Shown here in pieces: positions 31,924 through 42,633 of a stretch of 64,000 bases of DNA (positions within the stretch are counted from its first letter, which is position 1; each line of letters opens with the position of its first letter). Made by a program: the position numbers and the translations under genes. Source of the DNA: a bacterium (GTDB lineage Bacteria > UBA8248); assembly GCA_965213625.1 (NCBI GenBank), contig CBDBZU010000004.1:2560001-2624000 (forward strand). Reading direction: 5' to 3'. The notes beneath the pieces were generated by a model. It was not told the origin of the DNA, did no database searches, and was given only the letters and a program-made list of their open reading frames with translations.

Positions 31924-32032
31924 AGTCTGGCAATAAAGTCGATCCGAAAAACGCCGATGATGCCGGCGGGTCGTTAAGAAGAAATCAGGGGACGGCGCAC
32001 GAGGGCACACCGCCCCCTTCTTACGCCAGACT
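31924..32032 (-). promoter_or_regulatory. Candidate structured 5' leader / attenuator of the ilv operon
   Basis: AGTCTGGC/GCCAGACT closing stem encloses a 14-bp hairpin with 4 G-U pairs and a 6-bp hairpin followed by U5. Confidence 0.5.
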
Positions 32033-32164
32033 CCTTATTCCACAACATCTTTTTCGGACCCATATGGCCGTTTTCCATAATAATTCGTGCGCTAAAATCC
32101 AGAATACGTCTCAGAAAAACCCGGGTGAATGAATCATCCCGATATCTCAAGTACACGACGCGTG

Positions 32165-32194
32165 ATATTACTGCATGTTTTTCCATCTGGTCAA
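32165..32194 (-). promoter_or_regulatory. Putative sigma70 promoter for the ilv operon
   Basis: TTGACC-N18-TAATAT. Confidence 0.5.
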
Positions 32195-32260
32195 GGATGA
32201 AAACGTAAAATCTTTTGTTTCAAGGCTCTAGCATACTTCAGTGAGCGAAACACCGGTTAT

Positions 32261-32467
32261 TCAACTTTTCTCCATCTTTTCCAGTTGTGTCTTGATAGCG
32301 AGTTTTTCTTTTTTAAGGCGTTTTATTTGCTGCTGTTCTTCCGCGGATGGAAACCGAATTTCTTCAAGCGCGCGAATCTTTTCATCTAAAACGGAATGTT
32401 CTTTTTTCAAGAGAGCGAGTTCCTCGTCTTCATTCAAAGTTTCTTCCACTTTTTCAGTCGCTTCCAA
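32261..32467 (-). CDS. DUF465/YdcH family coiled-coil protein
   Basis: L.KEH..LD.KI..LE...IKRLKKEKL.IK pattern; GGAG SD. Confidence 0.8.
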   Translation of the reverse strand: MEATEKVEETLNEDEELALLKKEHSVLDEKIRALEEIRFPSAEEQQQIKRLKKEKLAIKTQLEKMEKS

Positions 32468-32574
32468 TGAAAAGTCTCCTTCCAGGTATATATGGTGAAT
32501 ATTTCAGGTTCTCATTTTCGGTTGTATGCGTGTCTGTGAATAATCGTTTAATCTACGAAATGTTGGCGCTTGGA

Positions 32575-33318
32575 TCAACCCTTCGGATCGGCCCACTTGG
32601 TTTGCGCCTGTGATTTCCGGCAATAATTCAGCGATATGTTGTCGCTGCGCGGAGGCGTCTGGCTTTGTAGCGCCCTGTGGGTCAGCCAAGCGGTCGCAGC
32701 AGCCGAGGAGTCCACTTCATGATGCCTGATCGTTCCCTGTGAAGCTCCGGAAGCGAAGCACTCGGGTAAACCCTCTTTATCCCCTGCGAGCAACGTGTCG
32801 CCACTTTCCGGAGGGCGGAAAGCCTCGGGGGCGATGATTTCATCCTCCCTGACGCGGGAGAGGGCGTTTTCCTTCGATGATTCCTGGTTTTCGGATACTT
32901 GAAACAAAGCTGTGAACAATTCCCCGTATCTGGCGTCTCGAAAGGGGAGAATGTAATCGGGCAGTCTGCGGCCCGCGCGCATTTCGTTCAACAGAGCTGC
33001 CATCGCCATGACTTCCAAAGATGAAAATCCATATAACGGACAGCCCCAGCCCAATGAAAGGCCTTTTGCGCAAGCGAGTCCCACCCGCAGTCCGGTGAAC
33101 GTTCCCGGGCCGATGCTCACTCCGATGGCCTGAATCATATTGGCGCGAATATTTCTTGTATTCAGGAGTTGTTCTACTTGTGGCAAAAGAGCCTTGGATA
33201 TACGGATATCATCCGAGAGAAGCGCCTCTTCTTCGGCAGTTCCCGTAGAACAAAAAAGAGAGCACCTTCCTCTCGGGGTCGATGTATCAAGGGCCAGAAT
33301 ATAACGGAGTTCATCCAT
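32575..33318 (-). CDS. tsaB: tRNA threonylcarbamoyladenosine biosynthesis protein TsaB
   Basis: ILALDTS, GPGTFTGLRVG and DAR motifs. Confidence 0.92.
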   Translation of the reverse strand: MDELRYILALDTSTPRGRCSLFCSTGTAEEEALLSDDIRISKALLPQVEQLLNTRNIRANMIQAIGVSIGPGTFTGLRVGLACAKGLSLGWGCPLYGFSSLEVMAMAALLNEMRAGRRLPDYILPFRDARYGELFTALFQVSENQESSKENALSRVREDEIIAPEAFRPPESGDTLLAGDKEGLPECFASGASQGTIRHHEVDSSAAATAWLTHRALQSQTPPRSDNISLNYCRKSQAQTKWADPKG

Positions 33319-33333
33319 GCACGTGCGGGCCCC

Positions 33334-33990
33334 TCAAGGGTTTTTTGAGAGATAGAACGAGAGATGTTCCAGCTCACTACCCAAATCCACGTTTTTCACC
33401 TTTACATTGAGCGGTGTCTGTATTTGGGTGGGTGCAAAATTCAATATGCCGGTAATCCCGGCATTCACGAGCGCCGTACCTACGTTTTGCGCGTTTTCGC
33501 TCGGCACCGCGATGATGCCGATCTTGATTTGTTTTTCTTGCACGACCTGATGCAAATCCGACATCGGCAAAACAGGGAGAGAACCGGTACGGTGCGGGGG
33601 TATTTTTTCAGGAAACTTGTCGAAGACGGCGTCGATCTCAAAGCCATGCGCCAGAAAACCTTTATACGCCAATAGGGCCGTTCCGAGATTGCCCGCTCCG
33701 ACGAGTACGACTTTCCATGTCTGGGTAACGCCCAGAATTTTTTTCAGATTGTCCCTCAACTCCTTGATGTAATAGCCCTTCCCGCGGACGCCGAATTCAC
33801 CGAAATATGCAAGGTCTTTTCTGATTTGCGCTGGTTTGAATCCGCACTGCCGAGCGAGGTCGGCGGAAGCGATGAGCTCGGTTCCCTCACTATTTATCTG
33901 GCCCAGAATCCGGGCGTAGGTGGACAACCGGTTCACGGTAGCCTCGGGAATTTTAGTTTTCGTGTTTTCCCACATCGGCTTCATGCGCAC
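33334..33990 (-). CDS. rex: Redox-sensing transcriptional repressor Rex
   Basis: IPEATVNRL, QIRKDLAYFGEFG.RG.GY, GAGNLG and ILNFAP motifs. Confidence 0.96.
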   Translation of the reverse strand: MRMKPMWENTKTKIPEATVNRLSTYARILGQINSEGTELIASADLARQCGFKPAQIRKDLAYFGEFGVRGKGYYIKELRDNLKKILGVTQTWKVVLVGAGNLGTALLAYKGFLAHGFEIDAVFDKFPEKIPPHRTGSLPVLPMSDLHQVVQEKQIKIGIIAVPSENAQNVGTALVNAGITGILNFAPTQIQTPLNVKVKNVDLGSELEHLSFYLSKNP

Positions 33991-34177
33991 CCTGAATGTA
34001 GAGGCAACCAGAGAATCTCGCAGAGCACGGTGTCTCTCGAGAAAGATTAGATCCTATGCGTTTGGATGAGCAGGGCAAGTGGGGATTGGCCAATTTCGAG
34101 AAAGAAGAAATATCAACTGCTAAGCCAAGCGGTTTGCCTGTGAATCCGCATCCAGGCGGTCTTCGATGAGTAACGCG

Positions 34178-34207
34178 AAAAGGGGGAGCCGTCCGGCCCC
34201 CCCCTTG
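34178..34207 (-). terminator. Intrinsic terminator after atpE
   Basis: GC-rich hairpin GGGGGGCC-GGAC-GGCTCCCC followed by TTTT on the minus strand. Confidence 0.6.
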
Positions 34208-34229
34208 AGTCTCGCGAGTGCTGGTTTAT

Positions 34230-34550
34230 CTAGCCAAGGATGATGATGAGGCAGATAACGAACGTATAAATGACAAGGGACTCGATTAAGGCGAGACCGA
34301 TGATCATCGACACGCGAAGATCTCCGCCGGCTCCCGGGTTGCGCGCCGTGCCGTCCAAGGCGCTGGCGATGCTCCTGCTCTGGGCGAAGGCGCCCGCTGC
34401 GGCGGCGATGGCCAGAGCGAACGAGGAGGAGATCATTCTCCATTTCATAACTTCACCGCTTCCGGCATCGCCGGCTGCGGCGGCGAAGGCATTGGTGGCC
34501 ATGGCTACGAAGCTGGCTAACGTGAATCCGATTATCCCCAAACGTTTCAT
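34230..34550 (-). CDS. atpE: ATP synthase F0 subunit c with an N-terminal leader
   Basis: ARNP loop, LIESLVIY; follows atpB. Confidence 0.95.
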   Translation of the reverse strand: MKRLGIIGFTLASFVAMATNAFAAAAGDAGSGEVMKWRMISSSFALAIAAAAGAFAQSRSIASALDGTARNPGAGGDLRVSMIIGLALIESLVIYTFVICLIIILG

Positions 34551-34596
34551 CCCTTACTTCTCCTTGTTGAAGTGATTCCTACATGAACCGTTATCG

Positions 34597-35316
34597 TTAA
34601 TGAGCGTGGGCGGCCTCATGACCATGCTCTTCGTCGTGGTCGTGTCCTTCAAGCGACCCGGCGATATATATCATGGTCAAGAGGGTGAAAACAAAGGCCT
34701 GAATGAAACTTCCGAAAATTACGAACATCTGCATCGCCCAGGGAACGGGCAGGAAAATCTGCAGGCACAGCAGCATCAGAACGCCGAGCACCAACTCCTC
34801 GCCCGTGATGTTCCCGAAAAGGCGCAAAGTGAGTGAAAGCGGACGGCTCAGGTGAGAAATTATCTCGATGGGTATCATGAGCGGCGCCAGCCACATGATG
34901 GGGCCCGTGAAATGCTTGAGATACGCCATGCCGCTTCTCTTGAGTCCCACGTAATGCGTGGCGAAAAACACGGTGAGTGCACAACCCACGTTGGTGTTCA
35001 GGTTGCTCGTCGGCGCCATGAAGCCCGGCAGGATTCCAATGACGTTGCAAAGGAAAATGTAGGTTCCCAGCGTGAATACGAGGGGGAAGAAGGGCCGCCC
35101 CTCATTGCCGAGGGGGCCTTCCATGAAGGCGGAGAAACCATCGAAAATCGCCTCGAAGAGGTTTTGTCCTCCAACGGGTATCTTTTGCAGCGCTTTGGTG
35201 ACGAGCAGTGAGGTCACGATGAGGAACACCATCACCAGCCAGCTGTACACGATGTTGGGATAGGCGGAGAGCCCCGGGTAGATGTCGAAATACAGGAACG
35301 GGTGAAATTTTTCCAT
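34597..35316 (-). CDS. atpB: ATP synthase F0 subunit a
   Basis: SRPLSLTLRLFGN and IQAFVF motifs. Confidence 0.96.
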   Translation of the reverse strand: MEKFHPFLYFDIYPGLSAYPNIVYSWLVMVFLIVTSLLVTKALQKIPVGGQNLFEAIFDGFSAFMEGPLGNEGRPFFPLVFTLGTYIFLCNVIGILPGFMAPTSNLNTNVGCALTVFFATHYVGLKRSGMAYLKHFTGPIMWLAPLMIPIEIISHLSRPLSLTLRLFGNITGEELVLGVLMLLCLQIFLPVPWAMQMFVIFGSFIQAFVFTLLTMIYIAGSLEGHDHDEEHGHEAAHAH

Positions 35317-35319
35317 TTG

Positions 35320-35715
35320 TTATGCTCTTGTAGATCCTTGTATTCGCAGGGCGTATCGAGCCCCGTGAATGAATATGGCCAACGGCGGAATGGTTAACCC
35401 TATCACCACGCTCACGACGGGAAGCTCTATCCAGCCTATCGCGAGCGCTACGACGCCCATGAGGGCGATGAAACGCATAATGTATAAAACGTGATGCCAC
35501 CATTTCGGGCGGCTGATGTTTTTTTGAAAAATGCGGGCGAAGTATACATCCATCATCCGAAAACTTCCAAGCGCGCACGCTCCGCCAATCGCTACGCCCA
35601 GGCCCGTTGAAACATCCTTGAGAATCAGTCCCGCCAAGCTCATCAGGGCCAGAATCAGCCAGCCGGAGTTCGATATGCTTCTCAGGATGGATGACGGCGG
35701 GTCTTGGTTTCGCAT
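35320..35715 (-). CDS. atpI: ATP synthase protein I
   Basis: Four TM segments; position directly before atpB. Confidence 0.75.
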   Translation of the reverse strand: MRNQDPPSSILRSISNSGWLILALMSLAGLILKDVSTGLGVAIGGACALGSFRMMDVYFARIFQKNISRPKWWHHVLYIMRFIALMGVVALAIGWIELPVVSVVIGLTIPPLAIFIHGARYALRIQGSTRA

Positions 35716-35979
35716 TCAGCGGACCCCTCTGATGAGATCGATAAAAGCGGAAACAAAACCCAAAAACAGTCCAACTACCATCGCCCACGGATATGTATCG
35801 ACATAATGATCAATGACATACCCGATGCCGCCGCCTACGAGCGGCGCCGTCACGAAGTTCCAGCCCAGTGCCGCGAGATGCACGTTTCGCACGCCTTTGC
35901 GAATTTTCCTGTCCCGCGCCCTGGCCGGTTTCTTCGCTTGTGGTCCGCGACTCGGCTCTTGAGAAGGATCGGAAGCCAT
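35716..35979 (-). CDS. AtpZ/AtpI family protein
   Basis: G.GIGY.ID...T.PW..VGL.LG pattern. Confidence 0.85.
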   Translation of the reverse strand: MASDPSQEPSRGPQAKKPARARDRKIRKGVRNVHLAALGWNFVTAPLVGGGIGYVIDHYVDTYPWAMVVGLFLGFVSAFIDLIRGVR

Positions 35980-36030
35980 GCCCTTCTTCCTCCCCAGACG
36001 AGAAGTGCGGCAACGAAATTTACGGGCGCG

Positions 36031-36059
36031 AACCTACCAACACGGCACCTGGGTGTCAA
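36031..36059 (-). promoter_or_regulatory. Putative sigma70 promoter of the atp F0 operon
   Basis: TTGACA-N17-TAGGTT with an extended -10 TG. Confidence 0.55.
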
Positions 36060-36440
36060 GAGAACTCGGGCGTCTCGGCGAGAAAAAAAACATTTGCCCG
36101 CATTTGCCGTCATCGGGCTCCACGCGGGCCATGGCAGAATTCCCCTGCGCCCCGGTGCGGCGGCGTCATTTCCCGGGAAAACAATTTGCATCTATTTATC
36201 GAATAACCCCGTCAATTTATCTTATTTTATCGAAATTTTCAGATTTTATTTTTTGCATTTCGCATAATTCCCGCTTCGCCTGGGCGACCACCTTCCGCTC
36301 CTGCGCTCGGCGCCCGCTTCGCCATCTCAAATACCGTAGGGCCGACGGACGGCCTTTCGAGCATACCTCATCGCCCTGCAAATCCCGTGACGCCAACTGC
36401 GCGCAAATGCGCGGGCGAAGCGTCTCCGTCCGGTCGCGGA

Positions 36441-36469
36441 TTGACGCCCATACATTCCTTTGCTACTCA
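36441..36469 (+). promoter_or_regulatory. Possible katG promoter
   Basis: TTGACG-N17-TACTCA with a TG extension; the -10 is weak. Confidence 0.35.
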
Positions 36470-36557
36470 GAATCGCCCGCCGTTCTCCGGGAAGCGCCGG
36501 GTGAAGCGCATGCAAGAGCCGTCCCGGAATGAACTTATCCGTAAAGCCATACCGTAA

Positions 36558-38762
<2,205 letters not shown>

Positions 38763-38795
38763 GCGGTTAAGGGGAAACGAGGAAAACAGGCTGAA

Positions 38796-38828
38796 ACACC
38801 GGGCCGCGTCTCAGACGCGGCCCGGTGT
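38796..38828. terminator. Perfect 15-bp hairpin after katG (probable terminator)
   Basis: ACACCGGGCCGCGTC-TCA-GACGCGGCCCGGTGT. Confidence 0.6.
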
Positions 38829-38871
38829 CGTATCTCGCCGAATCCACCAGCGGACGGCGCCGTTTGAGAGT

Positions 38872-38954
38872 GTAGGGGCCGCATACATGCGGCCCGGCCT
38901 TTCCGCAGCCCAAAACGGGTCGCATAATATGTCAGACATATATGTCTGACATAC
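38872..38954. repeat. GTAG-type REP doublet (REPIN-like), copy A
   Basis: GTAGGGGCCGCATACATGCGGCCC ... GTCAGACATATATGTCTGACATAC; closely similar to 44891-44972. Confidence 0.75.
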
Positions 38955-39119
38955 ATCCCGAAGACGAAATGATGGAACACGTTGATCGCATAGGGCGGAC
39001 GCATGGGGCCGCCCCTTCAACCCTCTCCACGTCGGTCGGGCTCGTTCACACCGCCATCATTCCGGCATGCGCCGGATCAAGAACAAGGACCTGCGATTGG
39101 GAAGGTTCGCGAACGCCCC

Positions 39120-40397
39120 TCAACCCGCGGGTTGTGCGGCGGGGTGCGCCACTTCTTCTTTCCTGCTCGGTTTTACTCTGGAAGGGTAGGAGAGCACGAA
39201 GAACAGCGAGGCGACTCCGGTCAGGAAGCTGAACAGGATGGAGAGCGTGTAATTGCCGCTCAGATCGTGCAGCAGCCCGCCCATGAACCCGCCCGTGGCC
39301 ATTCCCGAGCTGGCGCCCGTGATGAAGGCCCCGAACAGGATGCCTATTCTTTTGGGGCCATAGTATTCGCGCGTGACCACGGGGTACATCGTCCCGTGTC
39401 CTCCCATGCCGACCCCGACTACCAGGGCGACGGCATAAAATGCGTAGGTGGAATCAATCCAGAACAGGAAGGGAACAGCCAGTGTCTGCGTCACGAGCGT
39501 AGTGAACAATGCCCATTTCGAGCCGATGCGGTCCGAGAGCACGCCCATGCTGATTCGCCCGATGAGCGTCCCCAGACCCATGACGCCCACCAGACCCGCC
39601 GCCTGCAGGTGCGGTATGCCCGATTCAATCGCGATGGGCACCAGGTGAACGATGAGAACCGAGTGGCACATGCAGTCGGTGGCGTGACTCGAGATGATCA
39701 TCCAGAACGGCCTGCGCTTGAGAATTTCCCGCATTCCCATGGACGCTTCGGGGAGGATCGGGTCGGGTTCTTCCTGTCTGGCCGGGGATTGATTGGAGCC
39801 GTCGCCCGCCCTGGATTGTCTTTGCGGCCTCAGGGACAACGCCGCGGGCACGGCGAGAACGAAAAATATGACGCCCAGGTACAGATATGAGAGTCTCCAT
39901 CCGTGATTGCTGATGAAAAAGCCTGTGAGGGGCGCCAGGATCAAGATGCCGAGACCCGTGCCCGAGCCGGCCAGCCCGGTGGCCAGCCCCCGGTGCCTTG
40001 TCAGGTTGCGCTGAATAAAGGCTTGCACGGGCGTCGCGATGGCCGCGCGACCGGTACCCGCCATCACGCCGGTGAACAGGAAGTAGTGCCACAGGTTCTG
40101 GATGAAGAATGAAAGAAGCAGCGAACCGCCTGCGATCAGGATCCCGACGATCAGCACGGGTCTCGTACCGAATTTATCGGAGAAGCCGCCCGCAATCATC
40201 GAGCAGAACGCTATCATGAACATGTTGAGGGAATACGCTGCCGAGGCCGTCGAGCGGTTCCAGGCGAACTCGTCTACGAGTGGGTTCAGGAATACGCCGA
40301 AAAGAAAATTAAGGCCCGAGAAGAGCCCCATGAGGACAAATGCGGAGACGATGAAAATCCATTGTCCGGGTGAGAATAAACGGTTTCTTTGTTCCAA
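39120..40397 (-). CDS. MFS transporter (OFA/MCT-like)
   Basis: About 12 TM segments; motif A in both halves (GGFSDKFG.R, GVLSDRIG). Confidence 0.9.
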   Translation of the reverse strand: MEQRNRLFSPGQWIFIVSAFVLMGLFSGLNFLFGVFLNPLVDEFAWNRSTASAAYSLNMFMIAFCSMIAGGFSDKFGTRPVLIVGILIAGGSLLLSFFIQNLWHYFLFTGVMAGTGRAAIATPVQAFIQRNLTRHRGLATGLAGSGTGLGILILAPLTGFFISNHGWRLSYLYLGVIFFVLAVPAALSLRPQRQSRAGDGSNQSPARQEEPDPILPEASMGMREILKRRPFWMIISSHATDCMCHSVLIVHLVPIAIESGIPHLQAAGLVGVMGLGTLIGRISMGVLSDRIGSKWALFTTLVTQTLAVPFLFWIDSTYAFYAVALVVGVGMGGHGTMYPVVTREYYGPKRIGILFGAFITGASSGMATGGFMGGLLHDLSGNYTLSILFSFLTGVASLFFVLSYPSRVKPSRKEEVAHPAAQPAG

Positions 40398-40524
40398 ATA
40401 CGTTTTCCCAAAAATACAGCGGAAATGTTTGAAAGAAACTATGTTCCATTCATCCTAGAAGATGCGGCGCTTGCCCGCAAGCGGAATTGATGAATAAGCC
40501 CTCCTCAGCCGCATTTGACCACCG

Positions 40525-40742
40525 CCGTCATTCCGGTGAAAGCCGGAATCCATTTTCGCCTTTGTCTTTGGCCTTTCGCCCGGACGTTCTCGCGCCCGGC
40601 GAGGAAGATACGGACGCCGCCATATATATCTGCCTCATCCGTTCTGGATTCAGGCGCGGCGAGCCCTCCCGCGAGTCGGAATCAAATGCGAAAACAAGAG
40701 TAAGAATCATAAAATGGATTCCGGCTTTCGCCGGAATGACGG
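40525..40742. repeat. CGTC-type REP inverted doublet
   Basis: CCGTCATTCCGGTGAAAGCCGGAATCCATTTT (40525-40556) and its reverse complement with 1 mismatch (40711-40742). Confidence 0.8.
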
Positions 40743-40804
40743 TGATTTTGCCGCATCGAGGGGGTTTTTCAGCAGACCTTGTCAGGGGGGCATTGTTTTC
40801 TTTA

Positions 40805-40867
40805 CCCCCTGTCAAAGGGGGTAGGGGGTTGCTTTTGTAGCGGACAGGCCTCCGTGCCTGTCCCTAC
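40805..40867. repeat. Palindromic repeats (CCCCCT..AGGGGG hairpin and a GTAG..CTAC REP)
   Basis: GTAGCGGACAGGCCTCCGTGCCTGTCCCTAC is related to 49201-49226. Confidence 0.6.
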
Positions 40868-41059
40868 GCCCCCCGGTCGGCTCCATAAGCCAACTCACGA
40901 AATCGGGACTTTTTCAACAGCCAGCAAGAGGGCTGGCGGTTCCGCCCGTTTTCCCCAGTCCCCGGTTGCCCTGTCCGCATGCTATCGTGTAAGCAGTTCT
41001 CTTTGCGCCCCTGAACGAAAATCCGGGGCGCGCCGTGGTTCAACATGGGAAGTAAGAGG

Positions 41060-42472
41060 ATGTCGAAGCGGAATGCGAAGCCTGAGAAGACGAAATCCAT
41101 GAAACCCTGGGGCGGAAGGTTCCGGGGAGGGACGGATGCGCGCGTGGAGGCTTTCACGGAGAGCGTCTCGTTCGACTATCGTCTGGCGCCGTATGACGTC
41201 TTGGCTTCCATCGCCCACGCGGAGATGCTGGGGGCGCAGGGCATCATCACGAAAGCGGATGCGCGGAAAATCGTCTCGGGCCTCAAGGCCATATTGAGGG
41301 AAGTGGAGGCGGGCGAGTTCATATTTCAGGCAGAGCTGGAAGACGTGCACATGAACGTCGAGGCGGCTCTCACGGAGCGAATCGGCGCCGTCGGCGGCAG
41401 GCTGCACACAGCCCGGAGCCGGAACGACCAGGTGGCCACCTCGCTCAGGCTCTGGCTCAGAAGCCGGATAGACGAGATAGGGGACGCGCTGTTGGCGATG
41501 CGGCGCGCCCTGCTCGCCCAGGCGGAGGCGCACGTCGACACGGTGATGCCCGGCTACACGCATTTACAGCGCGCGCAGCCCGTCTCGCTGGCGCATCATC
41601 TGCTCGCGTATTCCCAGATGCTCAGGCGCGACGGGGAGCGGCTCGCCGAAGTGCGCGCCCGCGTGAACGTCCTGCCGTTGGGCGCGGGAGCGCTTGCGGG
41701 CACGAGCCACCCGATAGACAGGAAAATGGTGGCGAAAAAGCTCGGGTTCGCCTCCGTCGCCGAGAACAGCATGGACGCGGTGAGCGACAGGGATTTCGCG
41801 CTCGAATTCGCATCCGCCGCCGCTGTTTCGATGATGCACTTGAGCAGACTGGGCGAGGAGGTCATTCTCTGGGCGAGCGGGGAGTTCGGCTTCGTGGAGC
41901 TTGCGGATTCGTTCGCGACGGGCAGCTCGCTGATGCCCCAGAAGAAAAACCCCGACGTGGCCGAGATCGTCCGGGGCAAGAGCGGGCGCGTTGCCGGAGA
42001 TTTCATCGCCCTGCTCACGTTGATGAAAGGGCTGCCGCTCACCTATAACCGCGATATGCAGGAGGACAAGGAATCCCTGTTCGATGCTGCGGATTCCCTG
42101 CTGGCCTCACTGGAGGTCATGGCGCCCATGGTCGAATCCATGAAGTTTCTGCCCCAAAGAATGGCCCGGGCCGCGGAGGGCGGGTACATGACGGCGACGG
42201 ATTTGGCGGACGCCATGGTGCGGCGCGGGGTGCCCTTCAGGCAGGCGCACGAGGCGGCGGGGCGCGCCGTGCGAATCGCCCTCGAAAAAGGGGTGGCGCT
42301 CGGGGCGTTGAGCGCCGAGGACCTGGAGGAGGCAGGCTCCGGGCTCGACATGGATGATCTGGCGGAAACGGATTTGCAGAAATCCTTGCGTTCGCGGAGC
42401 AGCGCAGGCGGCGCATCGAAGAGAAGCGTGCGGGCGCAGATACGGGCCGAGAAAAAACGACTGGGAATATAG
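41060..42472 (+). CDS. argH: Argininosuccinate lyase
   Basis: WGGRF, EDVHM, RSRNDQ, PGYTHLQ and GSSLMPQKKNPD motifs. Confidence 0.97.
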   Translation: MSKRNAKPEKTKSMKPWGGRFRGGTDARVEAFTESVSFDYRLAPYDVLASIAHAEMLGAQGIITKADARKIVSGLKAILREVEAGEFIFQAELEDVHMNVEAALTERIGAVGGRLHTARSRNDQVATSLRLWLRSRIDEIGDALLAMRRALLAQAEAHVDTVMPGYTHLQRAQPVSLAHHLLAYSQMLRRDGERLAEVRARVNVLPLGAGALAGTSHPIDRKMVAKKLGFASVAENSMDAVSDRDFALEFASAAAVSMMHLSRLGEEVILWASGEFGFVELADSFATGSSLMPQKKNPDVAEIVRGKSGRVAGDFIALLTLMKGLPLTYNRDMQEDKESLFDAADSLLASLEVMAPMVESMKFLPQRMARAAEGGYMTATDLADAMVRRGVPFRQAHEAAGRAVRIALEKGVALGALSAEDLEEAGSGLDMDDLAETDLQKSLRSRSSAGGASKRSVRAQIRAEKKRLGI

Positions 42473-42473
42473 G

Positions 42474-42593
42474 ATGATGAAGAGAATCTTACTGGCGGGT
42501 GTCCTGATTTTCGGGATGGCCTGCATGGCCGTGGGTTGCGGCGTCAAGGGACCGCCGAAACCACCGAAGAGTCCGGTCGCCAAGAGTTTGTGA
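42474..42593 (+). CDS. lptM: Small lipoprotein, LptM/YifL-like
   Basis: 39 aa with a signal peptide and AVGC-GVKGPP; lies between argH and lysA. Confidence 0.75.
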   Translation: MMKRILLAGVLIFGMACMAVGCGVKGPPKPPKSPVAKSL

Positions 42594-42633
42594 GAACGCA
42601 AGCTCGGAGGGATCCGGAAGGAGAGTATTCAGA

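Noticed and set aside
31974-32186. 70-aa ORF as a classical ilv leader peptide
   Set aside because: No run of Ile/Leu/Val codons, and its start overlaps the predicted promoter. It is kept only as a weak part of the leader finding.
34230-35979. N-ATPase operon
   Set aside because: The order lacks the atpD-C-Q-R-B-E-F-A-G layout; it is a split F-type F0 cluster.
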